From Gemmatimonadota bacterium (GTDB lineage Bacteria > Gemmatimonadota > Gemmatimonadetes > Palauibacterales > KS3-K002): a DNA stretch of 64,000 nt. Below are positions 57,986 through 64,000 of the stretch, in pieces. The notes under the pieces were generated by a model, which saw only the letters and a program-made list of their open reading frames with translations, was not told the DNA's origin and ran no database searches. The position numbers were made by a program, and so were the translations under genes. The stretch's first letter is position 1, and every line of letters begins with the position of its first letter. The stretch is from positions 37,349-101,348 of the forward strand of contig JBDHJS010000009.1 in assembly GCA_039586795.1 (NCBI GenBank), written 5' to 3'.

Positions 57986-58353
57986 GCAGATGGGCCGTGT
58001 ACGCGGGCGCGACTGCAGCGCTGGTGGGAGCGTCCGCCGTACTTGTCGGTCTGGTCTTTGAGTCACCAGCGCGATCCGGCATCTGGGCTGGCCTGGCCGT
58101 TGCCTGGCTGGTTCAGGCGTTGGCGTTCGCGATCTTGATCTTTGCCACCCGCCGGCGCCCAAAGGGGGTCCTCGCCGGCTGGACGGTGGGCACTCTTCTA
58201 CGGCTCACAGCTCTAACGGTTCTTGCCTGGCTGACGCTGGCCGGCGCTCTGGCGTTGCCGGCGGAGCCGACACTGATCGCTCTGGTGCTCACTCTCTTCG
58301 CGCTACTGCTGCTCGAGCCCGTCTTCTTCCGGTTTCAGGTCGGTACAAGATGA
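57982..58353 (+). CDS. AtpI-like four-TM protein
   Basis: Hydrophobic, overlaps both neighbours, immediately before atpB. Confidence 0.65.
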   Translation: MSRWAVYAGATAALVGASAVLVGLVFESPARSGIWAGLAVAWLVQALAFAILIFATRRRPKGVLAGWTVGTLLRLTALTVLAWLTLAGALALPAEPTLIALVLTLFALLLLEPVFFRFQVGTR

Positions 58354-59273
58354 TTGGGATGTTGGGTCAATTCTGGTTCCTGCTGTCGCAGGCCTCTCAT
58401 GGCAGTGAAGGTCAGCAGGACGTGGGCGCTGTGTGGAACGACCACATGATGATGGAGGTGGCTGACGGGAGCCACTTCATCATTCCATTCGTGAACTTGG
58501 AAGTGAACCTGCCGCACTGGCCGCCCCTGCACATCGGTGCGCTGACCATCGATCTATCGCCGACAAAGCACGTGATCTGGCTCGCGATGGCCGCGACGTT
58601 TTGCGCCATCGTCATGATTTGGACGGCGAGAAAGACACACGGCCGTGGATCGGCGAACGCCCCCAAGGGCCTGGCGAATGTGATCGAAGCGTTCGTCATC
58701 TACGTGAGGGACGAAGTGGCGATGAGGAACATCGGGAAGGGCGGCGAGGGCTACGTGCCGTTCGTTCTCACCCTGTTCTTCTTCATTCTGTTCCTCAACC
58801 TCTTTGGGCTCGTGCCGTTTGGCGCCTCGGCCACCGGGAACATCGGGGTCACCGCTTCACTCGCCATCCTCTCGCTGGTCGCGATCGAGGTGGGCGGCCT
58901 GATCCACCTGGGACCGAGGGCGTACTTGAAGACGATCGTCTACGTGCCGGAAGGACTGCCGTGGTACGGCCAGATCCCCATGGCGTTGATCATGACGCCG
59001 GTGGAAGCGATCGCCAAGCTGGCCCGGATCTTCGCGCTGGCTATCCGACTGTTTGCCAACATGACGGCGGGTCACCTGGTCATTCTCTCGCTTGTCGGCC
59101 TCGTATTCATGGCCGGGGCGGCCGAAGGACCGATCAAGTACTTCGTGGCGCCGGCGCCGGTGTTGATGGCGGTTGCCATCATGATGATGGAGATATTCAT
59201 CGCTTTCTTGCAGGCTTACATATTCGCGATGCTCACTTCGGTCTTCATCGGCCTGGTGAGGCATCCGCACTAG
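58350..59273 (+). CDS. atpB: ATP synthase F0 subunit a
   Basis: NLFGLVP, ATGN, LAIRLFANMTAGH, LQAYIF. Confidence 0.96.
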   Translation: MIGMLGQFWFLLSQASHGSEGQQDVGAVWNDHMMMEVADGSHFIIPFVNLEVNLPHWPPLHIGALTIDLSPTKHVIWLAMAATFCAIVMIWTARKTHGRGSANAPKGLANVIEAFVIYVRDEVAMRNIGKGGEGYVPFVLTLFFFILFLNLFGLVPFGASATGNIGVTASLAILSLVAIEVGGLIHLGPRAYLKTIVYVPEGLPWYGQIPMALIMTPVEAIAKLARIFALAIRLFANMTAGHLVILSLVGLVFMAGAAEGPIKYFVAPAPVLMAVAIMMMEIFIAFLQAYIFAMLTSVFIGLVRHPH

Positions 59274-59606
<333 letters not shown>

Positions 59607-59627
59607 ACGAACACGCGGGTGTATTCC

Positions 59628-60281
59628 ATGTTTGCGCGCTCTGAGGTCAAGGGTCGCGCGGGCTTGCTGGCAAGAATCATCGTCAGCGCCGCGTCCGTTC
59701 TGACCCTATCACTCGGTTCGGCAGGCCTGCTGTTGGCGCAGGATGACCACGGCGCCGGCGGCGGCGGTGGCGGCCTGTTCGACATCAATTGGCCGGGCCT
59801 GATGTTCTGGACCTGGCTGATCTTCATCATCCTGCTGCTCATCCTGAGAAAGTGGGCGTGGGGTCCGATTCTCGGCGCGCTGGACGCGCGCGAAAAGCGC
59901 ATTCAGGACGCGCTGGACGGTGCGGCAGCCGAACGAGATGAGGCACAAAAGCTCCTCGACCAGCAGCGCCAGGCCCTGGCGGAGACCCGGGACGAAGCGC
60001 AGAGCATACTGGCGGATAGCCGCAAGGCAGCCGAGCGGTTGCGGGCCGAGATGGTCGACGAGGCGCGGGGCGAGAAAGACCGCATAGTGGCGGGCGCTCG
60101 CGACGAGATCCGGCACGAGCGGGACCAGGCTCTCGACGCGCTGCGTCGCGAAGCCGTGGACCTCTCGATCCAGGCCGCCGGTCGCGTACTGGACAAGAAC
60201 CTGGACTCGGACGAGAACCGGCGGTTGGTGGACGAGTACATCGACAGCCTGGTGAAGAGCGAAGGCGACGGGGCCGACTGA
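59628..60281 (+). CDS. atpF: ATP synthase F0 subunit b
   Basis: FWTWLIF..L.KWAWGPI..ALDARE; coiled coil; start may be 59619 or 59628. Confidence 0.93.
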   Translation: MFARSEVKGRAGLLARIIVSAASVLTLSLGSAGLLLAQDDHGAGGGGGGLFDINWPGLMFWTWLIFIILLLILRKWAWGPILGALDAREKRIQDALDGAAAERDEAQKLLDQQRQALAETRDEAQSILADSRKAAERLRAEMVDEARGEKDRIVAGARDEIRHERDQALDALRREAVDLSIQAAGRVLDKNLDSDENRRLVDEYIDSLVKSEGDGAD

Positions 60282-60826
60282 TGCAAGAGGTAACGGTTGC
60301 TCGCAGCTACGCTGAAGCTCTGATGGAGCTTGCCCTAGCGGACGATGCTGTGGAGCTCTACGACCAGGAGATGCGGGTTATCGCCGATCTCCTGCGTACC
60401 GAGGAGGAGTTCAGGCTTTTCCTCGAGACGCCCCGCATCGACCCAGCCGAGAAGAAGCAGGTGACGCGAACGGTGTTGGAGGAGAAGGTGCCGAAGCGGC
60501 TGCTTCACTTCCTGCTGATCGTGATCGACAAGCGCCGCGCGCGCCTGCTGCCGGCGATCGCCGACGAATTCGACCTGCTGGTCGATGAGCATTTCGGGCG
60601 GCTCAGAGTCGACGTAGCCCTCGCTCACGAGCCCGACGAGAAGCTCAAGACCGATCTAAAGAAGCGACTTGGCGTGCTTCTCCAGAAGGAAGTCATCCCA
60701 CGCTACCGCATCGACCCGCGCCTCATCGGCGGCGTCGTCATCAGGGTGGGTGGCAAGATCATGGACGGATCGATCAGACATCGACTTCAACTGTTGCGCC
60801 GCAGCCTCCTGAAGACGGAGATCTGA
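60281..60826 (+). CDS. atpH: ATP synthase F1 delta
   Basis: [19 protein letters not shown]. Confidence 0.95.
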   Translation: MQEVTVARSYAEALMELALADDAVELYDQEMRVIADLLRTEEEFRLFLETPRIDPAEKKQVTRTVLEEKVPKRLLHFLLIVIDKRRARLLPAIADEFDLLVDEHFGRLRVDVALAHEPDEKLKTDLKKRLGVLLQKEVIPRYRIDPRLIGGVVIRVGGKIMDGSIRHRLQLLRRSLLKTEI

Positions 60827-60860
60827 CGGAGAGCCGCGCAGAACCATACAAGAAGAGCTT

Positions 60861-62480
<1,620 letters not shown>

Positions 62481-62490
62481 AGGCTAGACC

Positions 62491-64000
<1,510 letters not shown>

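Overview
GC-rich bacterial chromosome segment. Gene style (long AtpB N-terminus, AtpA insert, PilX type, Ig/propeller lipoprotein) suggests Gemmatimonadota or a related lineage, which is an inference only. The first ~29.5 kb is a type IVa pilus locus with deltaproteobacterial-like order: pilT-pilC, pilS-pilR, pilA, a second kinase/sigma54 regulator pair, fimU-pilV-pilW-pilX, pilMNOPQ and a large lipoprotein. Embedded in it are a polyprenol-phosphate-sugar synthase-like GT2 and five multi-TM GT-C-fold glycosyltransferases. One of these is a clear homologue of eukaryotic TMTC protein O-mannosyltransferases and sits directly upstream of a Ser/Thr-rich pilin, which has a correctly spaced sigma54 promoter. 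A sixth GT-C lies near pilD. This candidate pilus/surface-protein glycosylation pathway is the most interesting signal. The rest is housekeeping: aroC-aroK, topA-trmFO-xerC-hslVU, gcvT, mog, an atypical sigma54 activator, tRNA-Leu-tig-clpP-clpX, htrA, dnaK, rhomboid, thiD, a TrmH-family methylase, pilD, CNNM, MoxR and the atp operon, truncated in atpD. Several intergenic regions hold long 7-nt-periodic palindromes or structured leaders. All calls come from reading motifs by eye; no searches were run.
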